From positions 91,570 to 155,569 of the forward strand of contig NMRA01000399.1 of the NCBI GenBank assembly GCA_002633005.1: DNA of 64,000 nucleotides. The letters run 5' to 3'. Origin of the DNA: Phoronis australis (taxonomy: Eukaryota > Animalia > Phoronida). Both the position numbers and the translations under genes were made by a program. The notes beneath the pieces are model-generated. The model was not told where the DNA came from, made no database searches, and saw only the letters and a program-made list of their open reading frames with translations. How positions within the stretch are numbered: the stretch's first letter is position 1; each line of letters starts with the position of its first letter. This document shows positions 50,362 through 62,507 of the stretch, piece after piece.

Positions 50362-51900
50362 AGGAGCATGCCACCCAAAAACAACCTAATTTCTATCAAT
50401 TTAGATCGAGTTGTTCTACTTCATAAGGGCATGTACGGTTACGTTACTGGACACCTGACGGCAGAAGAAGGTGTTGAAATTATCCAATGACGTAATTGGT
50501 TTCACACGCAGTCTGTTCAGCAGTTCACAACACGGGGTACTGGTGTCAGCTTATTGCTTGAATTCATCGTTTAACACCAACAAATCATCAAACTTTTATG
50601 TAAATCCTTAAAAATACACCGAGTTCTTATAAAAATGTGTTGTTTTATTTCGTTGTTAGGGATTTATTGGTGTTTGGGCACACCGTAGCCTACAAAGTTC
50701 GGCAGACTAATAAGGTCCGTAGTGAGGAGTTTGTGTCTGTAATAGGAGATAAATTCTAAGTATTTTTCCGTGAGATACAGACAGGAGAACCAAGATCTGT
50801 GTTGTTTAGACTTGTTATTTTTTGAGTTCTAAACACACAAAACGATTGTTATCCTGGCCAGTGGCTCGGAGCCCGATCAGGCCCGTCGCGGCCGGCGGGA
50901 CTGACTCGTTATCCCGGCCAGTGGCTCGGAAGCCGATCAGACATCAAGAATATAAACCATCCAAAGTTGGAAACTGAACTTCCAGTCAAGAAATACCAGT
51001 GAGCCAAAGAAGTAAAGTGCCCCTGATTATGTTGGTGAATTAGCCACAAAACTGAAAATCTGCTTACTCGTCAGGGGCCGCGAAGTCAGGTTCCGCTTTG
51101 GCCACAGAACCGTCACGGCAGAAGTTTTACATTGACAATCATTATTTGAATAATGTAAATGTAAATAAAGATTCCCCTAACATCTGGCCGTGGGATTGGG
51201 ATACAAATTGAGTTGTTTCAAAACAGTTTCTGTTAGCAAACACTGAATTAGCATGAGCTCACACGGCCTTGGTGTCCCGTCAATTAGTTTTATTACACAT
51301 AAAGCTTTTGTTTCAATTTATATAAGTATTGGTATAGGGGTGAGAATAATTCATTTTGAAACAGAACGCTCAGTGAATGTCAACACGGCAACTCGCAATC
51401 CCGACTTATACAAGATCTCATCCCAACGAAGACTTTGCAGGTGGATCGTTAAGTTTCAGAGGCTATCAGTTCGAACAGGAATACAATGATGAAGAAATAC
51501 TAGAGAGGCGCTGTGAACAAGCTCAGACAACGGAATGTATGGATAGTTATTTGGTAAGCCGGCATTCGTCAGGCACTGTCCCGCGACGACTGTAGGCCAC
51601 AGACATGGAGATGTTTCACGGCCTCATACTTGCTATTTACAACGTACTTTTCACTCTTCACTACCGCGAGCCACTTCCTAAGCATTTCTGACTCTCGAGG
51701 AAGTCGAAAAAACGATATACCCGCTTTCCTCGCAGCTGCATAGTTCGGACAAGCGGGAACGATGCACCACAACATAGCGACATTAACTCTGCAAATGAAC
51801 CACTGACGTCGCTGCTGAACATATTAAAGTGAATCAACAAAACAGTGAAAACTGCAGCAGACACAGAATGAAGACATCAGTCTTATGGTATAGGTGCTTC
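50362..51900 (-). mobile_element. Kolobok-like non-autonomous element, copy 1, carrying a THAP remnant (right boundary approximate)
   Basis: Terminus TTAA|AGGAGCATGCCACCC. Colinear with 62508-64000 over about 1.4 kb. Confidence 0.75.
51569..51775 (-). pseudogene. THAP domain ORF, frameshifted before the final His
   Basis: MLWCIVPAC...SFFRLP...KWL...LHVCG, then diverges where copy 2 has RHF. Confidence 0.8.
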
Positions 51901-52459
51901 ATGCACTCTACAAGATGATGAAATATTCCGCTTACTAATCAAATTGCAATCAAGCATGCCCTCTGGTTGAATTACAGACAAACTGTTTAAAAATTTCTCA
52001 ATATCTATTTTGAATATATATAATCTGATCCAACTAAACTTTCTACACGAACAACCAATGAGCACATTTTTTTGTCCAAAATTTTCATAGAATTCTCAGT
52101 CTAGTTGTTTTGCAAGTCTTAAATTTTCAGTCACTGAGAAATCTTCCAAGTATTCTCTGAGTCTCATCACTTTATTTTTCATAATGGCGGTGCTCAAAAT
52201 CCTCAATTATTTGAGGATGGCTAACATTAGTAGAACACTGCAGGCATTGCTGGTACTATTTTCAAATGTTTACTGAAGTGAAACTTATTCCATTATACTG
52301 CTAACTCTTTAAGTGGGGGGTTTATGATTGGTCGAATTAGTTAAAAACACAACATATAGCTAGGCTGTGAATATGAAGCAGGTTGAAAATTGCCAACTGT
52401 TTTTAAGAACCAGTTTAAGTCGAAAATGATCTGCCGTAAGTCACTCAACACTGTTCAGC

Positions 52460-52728
52460 AAGTATTGTGATGGGTGCTGGGGAATAACACTGCACCATGC
52501 AGGTTATGTGAGCCCCAAAGTATTGTGATGGGTGCTGGGGAATAACACTGCACCATGCACGTTGTGTGAGCCCCCAAGTATTGTGATGGGTGCTGGGGAA
52601 TAACACTGCACCATGCAGGTTATGTGAGCCCCCAAGTATTGTGATGGGTGCTGGGGAATAACACTGCACCATGCAGAATAACACTGCACCATGCAGAATA
52701 ACCCTGCACCATGCAGGTTATGTGAGCC
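52460..52728. repeat. About 58-bp minisatellite, about 4 copies plus sub-repeats
   Basis: Unit AAGTATTGTGATGGGTGCTGGGGAATAACACTGCACCATGCAGGTTATGTGAGCCCCC. Confidence 0.92.
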
Positions 52729-53087
52729 AATTTACAAGTTTTTTCTTTTCACATTTACAAGTTGTCAATGAATACAACTGCACTTTGTTTAGCATAGATG
52801 ATTTTCAAATAGCATTGTCATTTAGTTCCTGCTATACATCAGCATAAGTTAGGAGCATGCAAGCATATCTTTAATTCGTAAATTATTTTGAGTTATGGTA
52901 AAATACAATTTTATTGATATCGTGTATTCATTTTAAATTGTTTGATCATGAGGCCTCTGATTTTTGTAGTATTATACTTTCTATTACTGGACCTGACCTT
53001 GAAACAGTAGTGCTGTAATTTTGTTTTACATGTTATGCTTCTGTATACACATTTGTTCCTTCAATGACTCATAAGTTGACTTTACAA

Positions 53088-54235
53088 ATTACACAGGCAT
53101 TATCACAGGCATTATCACAGCCATTACAACAGTCATTACCACAGGCATTACCAGACATTACCGCAGGCATTACCACAGGCATTATCACAGCCATTACCAT
53201 AGGCATTACCACAGGCATTACCACAGGCATTACCACAGCCATTACCACACACATTACCACAGGCATTACCATAGCCATTACCACAGCCATTACNNNNNNN
53301 NNNNNNNNNNNNNNNNNNNNNNNNNNNNNNNNNNNNNNNNNNNNNNNNNNNNNNNNNNNNNNNNNNNNNNNNNNNNNNNNNNNNNNNNNNNNNNNNNNNN
53401 NNNNNNNNNNNNNNNNNNNNNNNNNNNNNNNNNNNNNNNNNNNNNNNNNNNNNNNNNNNNNNNNNNNNNNNNNNNNNNNNNNNNNNNNNNNNNNNNNNNN
53501 NNNNNNNNNNNNNNNNNNNNNNNNNNNNNNNNNNNNNNNNNNNNNNNNNNNNNNNNNNNNNNNNNNNNNNNNNNNNNNNNNNNNNNNNNNNNNNNNNNNN
53601 NNNNNNNNNNNNNNNNNNNNNNNNNNNNNNNNNNNNNNNNNNNNNNNNNNNNNNNNNNNNNNNNNNNNNNNNNNNNNNNNNNNNNNNNNNNNNNNNNNNN
53701 NNNNNNNNNNNNNNNNNNNNNNNNNNNNNNNNNNNNNNNNNNNNNNNNNNNNNNNNNNNNNNNNNNNNNNNNNNNNNNNNNNNNNNNNNNNNNNNNNNNN
53801 NNNNNNNNNNNNNNNNNNNNNNNNNNNNNNNNNNNNNNNNNNNNNNNNNNNNNNNNNNNNNNNNNNNNNNNNNNNNNNNNNNNNNNNNNNNNNNNNNNNN
53901 NNNNNNNNNNNNNNNNNNNNNNNNNNNNNNNNNNNNNNNNNNNNNNNNNNNNNNNNNNNNNNNNNNNNNNNNNNNNNNNNNNNNNNNNNNNNNNNNNNNN
54001 NNNNNNNNNNNNNNNNNNNNNNNNNNNNNNNNNNNNNNNNNNNNNNNNNNNNNNNNNNNNNNNNNNNNNNNNNNNNNNNNNNNNNNNNNNNNNNNNNNNN
54101 NNCATTACCACAGGCATTACCACAGCCATTACCACAGGCATTACCACAGGCATTACCACAGCCACTACCACAGGCATTACCACAGCCATTACCACACCCA
54201 CTACCACAGGCATTACCACACCCATTACCACACCC
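53088..54235. repeat. 12-bp minisatellite flanking the assembly gap at 53294-54102
   Basis: Unit CATTACCACAGG/CATTACCACAGC on both sides of the N run. Confidence 0.93.
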
Positions 54236-57200
54236 TTTGTGTTTCCAATGTAGTAAACCTAATCCGATACAAATAATTACAGGCGCATTACTTTCTAACA
54301 AAAATTTACACACTCAATTAACCAGGACCGGTCTTTATGAATAGACTTGTCTGGGTAAAGCACCTCGCCCAGCCTAGTCTTGGTGTTAGTTCTGTAAACA
54401 CTATTCTCATGGCAATGTGACATCATAGTCTGACCTCATTCCTTACTCAAAGCTCAAAGCGGAGGCTATTTCTGAGTTTGAACTGACAGTCCATGAACGC
54501 TTGAATCACTGAGGCTCAAGAAATTAGTTGGTTACAGAGAGTCAGTTGTGGCGTAGGTAGCCTCAAATATTAACAATTAGTTATCAAGCAAGTGCCATCG
54601 GAATTTAAGGAACAATATTAAGACCACTCTGTTAGTGTACTAAAACTTGTGTAAGCAAAACCATAAAGCTGATGCCCAGTTTAGCTGACAAAAAACAAAA
54701 ATCTTTTATTCTTACAAGATTGGTCTAATATTCCTTACCATGAAAGGAATCCATTTCCAAAACGAACATCGAGAATATCAGTCTTGATGATAATGTAAAT
54801 GAAGACTTATCACAGTTATGACGAGACTTATTTTAAGTGAGAAAAATTATCAATTCAATTTCCGTTTTTCAGCAAGCTAAGCATTGAAGACAAAATGCAG
54901 ATTCTGCAGAAGTAATTAGCTAATTAAGTAAAGAAGAAAGAGCAAACTTCAGTTAGAATAAATTATCTTAGCACCAGTGAAGCTCTGAACCAATCATTAC
55001 ACTCATCACATCCTATTGCATCATCATCGTATAATTAGGATGTGACTAATTAGCAGTATTAGAAAAACAAAAACAAGAGTTTCCAGTGATGGGCACTGCA
55101 AGGGACAGTCATGTACTTTAAACTCTCTTTGGGACAAAGAATTTCGTAAAACCTCTGAATTTTTAAGTTCAATTTCAGTTAAAAAGTCCAAACCTGCATC
55201 TACCAATTAAGAATCACTTGTGCTGCATAACCTTTTTCCTCACTCAGACAATGCATTCAACTAAGATATACTTTTAGCAGACATTTTATAAGCTCTGACT
55301 TCCTGGAATACCCTCCCCCCTTCTGAATGAGAATTAATCTTTCTCTAACAGCTGCCATGAGGGGAGGGGGAGGTTGTCAGGGAGGGGAGAGCTTACATCA
55401 GCTGGAGTTGTGCATTCTTACCAGACACAAACCAATGGAAGTAACTCCAGAATTCTTAGATAGGTAACACAAATATCACAATATATGATCACATTTCATG
55501 TGAACACCATGAACACAAATATCACAATATATGATCACATTTCATGTGAACACCATGAACACAAATATAGCAAATGTCAGTATGAGAGACATCTTTCAAA
55601 ATGTCATCTCTTTATTACTGTTATTTCACTTCAAGAAAATAGCAGTTGCACTTTTAAGAACTTACAGACAGGCACAATGGCAGATAAAGTGCCTCTGCCT
55701 CAGCCATAAATAAATCACACAATTTACACCAAAACATCAAACGTCACATGATTTCTCAACTGCTTGTTGTAATAATCTCTTTATGGATGTCTTTTGACCA
55801 TTATCAATATGTTCTGGAACAAAAGAATGTTGAAGCAATTTGAAAACAAAATAACTGTTTTATAACTGAACTGCTCCCAAAGAATTGCCACACTGTCTTG
55901 ATTACATGGGCAAGGGTTAAATATAATATGATCTCTCTAAATGCCATCACCTAAGCGTATTTCTAGAATTAAATAACAAGGCCAAATTACTATGTAGCAT
56001 CCATAAGGTCCTTTCATTTTGACTTCTGAACTCCGGTCTGAGCGGAGCGTCACATAAACAGCATAGTTAATTAGCATAGAAGTAAACGGTAGGTGATGTT
56101 GTCGTCATCGACGTTATCTCAAGGTAGCGCTGCACGCTGAGATTTTTTTCAATGTGACAATTTGGGAAATTTACATGTGCTAATTGACATTAAACTTATT
56201 TTCAAATGGATTAGTCATTATTAGAGCAAAATATAAGCAGCTTTTTGTGACGGCACTACCCTGTAATTTTAGACAATAACAGTGGCACCTGGCGATAACT
56301 TCGCTTGGACCAAAGTTAACTGTTTATACTGCACCGCAGCGTGGACGCTGCACTGTTAAATCCACCTGTTAAGTGTGATGTTAACTGGAGCTGGTAACTT
56401 TGATCCAGGACTAGAGTTAAGCGTTCATAGTGACTGCAACTCCCGAAACCATGAAGCCTCCACTTTAGTGTGAAAGGCTCTATAGATGAAGAGGCATATG
56501 TTTGTAAGCAAGATAAGGCCAAACAAAGCACAGTTGGCTCTGGACTGTTTTTTTTGAGAATTAAGTTGGCGGTGCAGTATTTTTTGTTGGTCACTTTTTC
56601 AAAAAAATCCACTTGAGATGAGCAAAATTGACACAATTTTTTAATAATCACTTAGCAAATCATGCATTTCAAACCTTGCATTAAACCGTGGTTATGACTT
56701 GTACATTTGTACCAACCAGCGTTTTTACTTGGTGAGTACACGTCTCACAATGAGTCGGGTACAGACCTGAAACAACTATGATTTTTTTGATTTCCAATAA
56801 AAAACATTTTGGGAATCCATTTTCAAGATTCTATTATTTCTTCCCCTAAAGATTCTTAGTTCGACAGATTTCATTTTCTGATAGCGGATAGCGACAGTAA
56901 TCAACTTGGGTGGAAAAGGTGTTGGCATGTTATGATGTTCTATAGAAGAGACTCCCTTGCTTGCTCAGGTGTGTGGGGCTTCATACAGTAACGCAGGCAA
57001 GAGTCTGAGTGTACACAGCAAACAAATCACAACTTATAAAATTGTAATTAAATGAGTATTTCATTATACTCTCAGCGTTATTATAAGGAGGAATGTGGAG
57101 TCACAGACTAAGGTAAAGTTTCGAAACACTGAATATGGCAGACAGGTGAAATTTCCTTTTGTCATATTTCTCAACAGAAATAACTTTTCAAGAAAATTTA

Positions 57201-58532
57201 CTTTAATTTTAGCGTGGTTTGTCATGGCATAGCTATTACCGAACAACATTTGGTAATATTTTGAGGATTTGTAAATTACTTTTGTCCCAAACTGAAGAAT
57301 ATTTACAGTACTGTGAAATGGAGACAACACCATAATACAGCCTACTACTACACAAACAAGCAGCACTACAGTAAACATTCCAAGAAACCTCAGCATGTTG
57401 TTATGTTCAGCCGCAGCATGTAAAACATTGGCATAGATTACAGACCAACAGTGTTGATATTTGTGTTAAAATGGGGTCAGCCAAGAGGCATGCTTTGATA
57501 CTGTGCACTTTACTGCTCCTGAGAATGGACGTTACTGGGGTCAGTGGCCATAGATATATACACCCGACTTATATGCAGCATCTGAACAGGTGAACTCTCG
57601 GATGATCGGCAGGGCGTTTAGAGTTTGCCAGAGCAAAAATACATTTGCTTTGGGATAGATTTGGGTCTCTGAACAGTGCATTAGCCACCTCTAGATGGCG
57701 CTGTTGTGAATTTTTGGTGAAAATAACCACTGACATCACTATTTTCCATGTTTCAAAGAATCAACTCATTAACTTGAATAAATAGTACATTTATCATTTG
57801 CTCCATTGAAATTCCAAAAATCACCTGACATACGTACAGACAAAGAAAACATTAATTTTGTGTAATTTTCTAATAATGAAAAAATTACCATATGTTGTTT
57901 TAATGTTATAATGAAATTTATTTAATATTCATTTTTGTTGACAAATTTAATAAAGTTTACACACAGGCAGCTTTGGTTGATCTGAATTTACAATTTCTAT
58001 GAATTCATATGTACATGGTATGACATATCAGTGGTTAACAAAGGGTTCTTATAGACATTAATATGCAAGGAGTATCACCAGTCATTACAATTTGTATGAC
58101 TAATTATTACTGAGTAATGATAAATGATCAAAGATATTCCACATACAATTCTATGAATGATGACCAGCCGTTATCAGCCTCACGATCATTTATCTGATAG
58201 GAATTCATACCAACCAAAATGGGGATCTGCTATTCAGACTGTACCTAAATAGCAGCTAAGCAAATAAAACAAAGAGCCAACTAGGGAAAAGTAATAACAG
58301 AGCCCTCTGCATGGCTAAGTATTGAAGCCCACAAGGTAATTACCGTGCTTTGAAAAAATGAGTCATTAAAAGGCTAAGGCCGAGTTAGCAGATTTTATTT
58401 ACATTAAATCTAGTCATCAAGTTAAATATATACCCAAATTACTCTCCCCTGTGCCACTTATTACTATAGCAACCAGGTGAAATGCGTAGATAAAACTCAA
58501 TACAAATATCAGGTGCACAAGGGCTAATTATA

Positions 58533-58755
58533 CCGGGTGACTAAAAATGAAACCACAAATTTGGTTTAAAATCGTAAGTCCTGTTTATTGTGAAAAAACA
58601 AAATATCAATGCAAACAAATTCATTTGGCAAAAACTTTGCAAAAATGTCACATATAGTGTCCTGAGGTTTAAGTTTACCAAAATTGAAAAATATGCAGAT
58701 TATTGAATATATGATTGATCAAAGTTTGATGAGTTTGTTTTTTGGGGTCACCCTG
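58533..58755. mobile_element. Tc1/mariner-type MITE
   Basis: TA|CCGGGTGACTAAAAA ... TTTTTGGGGTCACCCTG|TA. Confidence 0.7.
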
Positions 58756-59279
58756 TATCAATTAAAAAGTTGTCTGCTCCTTAAAGGTTACTTAAATGAT
58801 ATGAATTGCGGGTTTGAGTTTTCGTCTCAAGAAAACAGTAATTAAGACACAAATGTTTCACTTTGAATAACTCACAAAATCATCTTCAAACAGTTATCGT
58901 TCACAGCCCCAGCCCAAGTAATGGTTCATGACCCGCAGGACCACGATAAACTCAGTGGTATGTAGTCACAGGGCACTGACATGTTGTCACGGCAATAAAA
59001 AACTGACTAACATCTTGGACTAAAACTGATTTTATTAGCTGTTTGGCTTCTGAAATTGAATTACTCAAAGGTCATTTCCCTGTGAAGAAATTAGATTAAC
59101 CAAAGCCGATGCTTAAGATTTCTCTTCTGTGTAACTTTTGATGAAGGCTTTAGTAACTCTTGATGAAGGCTTTAGGATACTCTTTGAACTGTGGTCGATA
59201 ATTGGTCTGCCAGTCAGTTGTGATGGCCAACAAAAGAGCAGCATGAAAATACTTAACAATGAACAAGACTGATATCTGA

Positions 59280-59813
59280 AGCGTGTTCAATAGAGTGAGC
59301 GCCCGCGAGCGATTTGAGCGCCCTCGTCCTGAACAGCTGTGTTCACGTTAGCGCTCGCGAACAACCTCGAGAGCATGTTCGCTTAGATTTCCAAGATGGC
59401 GTCCTGCGAAGGCTTCACGTCTGCAACATATGAACCCATTACGATTCTGCAACACGAAAACTAACCTCAAAAGTTGACCGAGTCATCCGAAACTGCGATT
59501 TAAATTGCGGGTCGCTGTAGCGAGGAACAGTTTCCTTGACGTAATTTTCGATTCTTGTCGTTCCATCCAAAGCCTTCACGGTTGTTGTCTTGGGCTGCCG
59601 ATATTAATAATTATTGGCAAAGATTAATCATATTTATCGCTCAGTACGCCATAGGAAGGACTGTTAGTGCTAAGCTCATTGGCTAAGACGTTCAACACAA
59701 TCTGCTTCAGAGTTGTCATACTGTATCGCACAGTGAGCGCTCACAGCTGTTCAGGAGGTGTTCCTTGTGTTCGCGAGTACACGCTAACGGGCGCTCACTC
59801 TGTTGAACACGCT
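59280..59813. mobile_element. PIF/Harbinger (Tourist)-like MITE
   Basis: AGCGTGTTCAATAGAGTGAGCGCCCG is inverted to CGGGCGCTCACTCTGTTGAACACGCT. Inner inverted CCTGAACAGCTGT / ACAGCTGTTCAGG. Flanks TGA / TCA. Confidence 0.8.
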
Positions 59814-61459
59814 TCAGGACAAACTCCCATTTGGAAATGAAACCAAATGGGAGGTTTGTGTAACGACTTGATTATTCTTTCTGAAATTTGCATGCTTGAC
59901 AAGGACATAGTGTTTAGGACTGTATTAATGATAATTGTCTCCTGAATACAATACACATACAACAATGAATGATAATTGTCTCCTGAATACAATACACATA
60001 CAACAATGAATCAGCTCAAGGTAGACAGATAGCATATCACTCACACCATACAGAAAAATAAATGTAATGGTTCAGTTAGCCAAACATTGTGCAAACCTAA
60101 GCAACAGAACTGATACAACCAATCAACTCCACTGGATTCATCTCCATAGAAACAAAGTAAATGGACATGGCTTATACAGCCAAAAACACATTTATGGAAA
60201 TTATCATTCAATAAGATGGACTATTGGAGTTAATAGATTTGATTAGAGACCTACAACAACAAAAGTCATTGTGTTTTTTGTCATCCTTAATTCTTGCTAT
60301 TACAATCAAGGACTCGGCCTTTACCATATAAAGACACTTCAAATACTCCACTATTTAATGCATGGCGTCCAATCAGCAGCAGAGCATTTCACTGCTACAG
60401 TAGAGTTACTGGGTTTGATTCCACTCTTCTGAAAATTTAATTTTCTAGCCAAGAGCGATGGAACACAAACTCACTAGAGAAAAGGTCTTGTTTTAAAAGA
60501 TGGCACTGTTTATGGCTTTAAATGCAGAGATAGTGAATACTTGCCGATACAAATCATCACTGAAACATCAATTAGAAATTTGATCTTTGGATGTGCAATA
60601 ATGTCAACGTCAAACATATTTACCTATGTCATAAGCAAATCATTAGACTTGTAATTAGCAAAGACTGGTGTTTCTGCACACAGATTGACATTCACACAGT
60701 GTACATCTCATATCTCTGGAGAAACAAGACATCGCGAAACCAGTGATGAATTATTTATTCCTATATATAGCGATTCTTGCAAATATACCAGATTCCAGCT
60801 CAGGTCTAGTTATAGCCAAGGGCTTATCAGCCTCCTTATCAACTGACACTCAGATGGATGAATATTCATGAGGAGTATACGTATGAAAGAGTCTTTTCAT
60901 CATTTAATTCCATACAAAGCTTTAGATTTAGAAACTCTAGAAAATGGTACATTTTTACATAAAAATCTACAGTTTTTTAAATAATCTATAACTAAAAATG
61001 GGGTTGTAATTAACACTCATTTTGACAGCAGGGCATCTCCTCATAACTGTTCAGGTAGAATGGATTTAAAGAGACAGTAGTCTAAACTTGCTTTCCCTTT
61101 AGTAAAACTCTGGTCTCTCTGCATCACATTAATCCCCTCAACTACTGACTTCATTCTGCAAGTACTTCATTGTACATGTCGTGAACACATCCACTAAAAC
61201 AAGAAACTGTAGGAACACATCCACCTTCACTCTTATCAGGCTTCTATTGTAAGTCAGCATGCGTGAATAATTGGCTGATAAGCCACCTATGGAACTACTT
61301 TTGGCTGAATGGATGACCAGGCCATAAAATGATAATTAGCCAAGACCAGTTACTATAATGCAACAAAGAACAAGTAATAATGTCTTGCATCACCTAGCCT
61401 TGGTGGAAAGCTGTGTACTGTATTGGCTCAAACAAACGCTTAGAAAAATTCATTTCACG

Positions 61460-61673
61460 NNNNNNNNNNNNNNNNNNNNNNNNNNNNNNNNNNNNNNNNN
61501 NNNNNNNNNNNNNNNNNNNNNNNNNNNNNNNNNNNNNNNNNNNNNNNNNNNNNNNNNNNNNNNNNNNNNNNNNNNNNNNNNNNNNNNNNNNNNNNNNNNN
61601 NNNNNNNNNNNNNNNNNNNNNNNNNNNNNNNNNNNNNNNNNNNNNNNNNNNNNNNNNNNNNNNNNNNNNNNNN
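61460..61673. other. Assembly gap (N run)
   Basis: Run of N. Confidence 1.
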
Positions 61674-61872
61674 GCGAAGTCAATTATCCTCGCTCGTGAC
61701 TCGATGAATAGAGCAGCTTGGCGGCATCCCTTTGAGCATGAGCCGAGCGCGTCTCAGCCAAGGTGGATAAATACGGTCTAGTTCAATTTTCCATACCCCG
61801 CCGTTTACCTTAAACACCGGGGTTAGAACCAATTTTATTTAGTGGGAATGTTCATAGCATGAGATACTGCTA

Positions 61873-62169
61873 CAGTGTAAATTCTACAATTTGGGACACA
61901 GAAAAATTAATTATTTTGCTCAAGGTCGAACCTTGTCCCAAATTCTAGAAATAAACACTATTGGTTGTCATAAATTCAAGAAGCACCTGTTAAAACAGCA
62001 AATCACCCCCTTTCTACATTGAAAACACATAATGTCCGAACCCTAGAAATCTCATGGTAATGCCACAATCAATCACCCTTGTCCCAAATTACAGAATCAA
62101 GAAAATTAAATTTTTGCGGATTTCCATGTCCCAAATTCTAGAGACTTCCTGAACTGGAGAATTTTGCTG
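61873..62169. mobile_element. Degenerate Tc1/pogo-type MITE
   Basis: TA|CAGTGTAAATTCT ... AGAATTTTGCTG|TA. Internal TGTCCCAAATT occurs three times, with an inverse AATTTGGGACA. Confidence 0.45.
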
Positions 62170-62507
62170 TAGTTGTAGGGATTAAACATTAGGTGCTACA
62201 TCATATTTTCCAACTATAACTAATTATTGCAATAGTGCTTATGTGATTAACACCCCCAAAGAGTGCAGTGAAAATTGAATGGGGGAGCAACACATGACAC
62301 CAAATGGCATATTGGTGTGCTTTTATTGTGACCTGGAGTGATTACACTCCTCATAGAGTGGAGTAAACCTTTACCATTGCTGGGAAAGTTGTGCAGCAAC
62401 CCAACTTGATCCACAGATTTGTAGACAAGGCTGCTACGCTTTCATTGACTGAAACTGGGCAAAACAAGGGAGGTGTGGAGTTGTGTTATAAATAGATGTG
62501 ACATTAA

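Noticed and set aside
52851-52874. AGGAGCATGC...TTTAA as the far end of Kolobok copy 1
   Set aside because: The match is in direct rather than inverted orientation and only 10 bp long, so it is probably chance.
53064-54344. ORFs of 313-426 aa (Cys/Gly-rich or LPQA repeats)
   Set aside because: A 12-bp repeat read through an N gap. The same applies to the ORFs across 61460-61673.
60363-60424. Weak tRNA/SINE-like boxes (AGCAGAGCA ... GGGTTTGATTCC)
   Set aside because: Too degenerate, with no stems and no second copy in the window to support a call.
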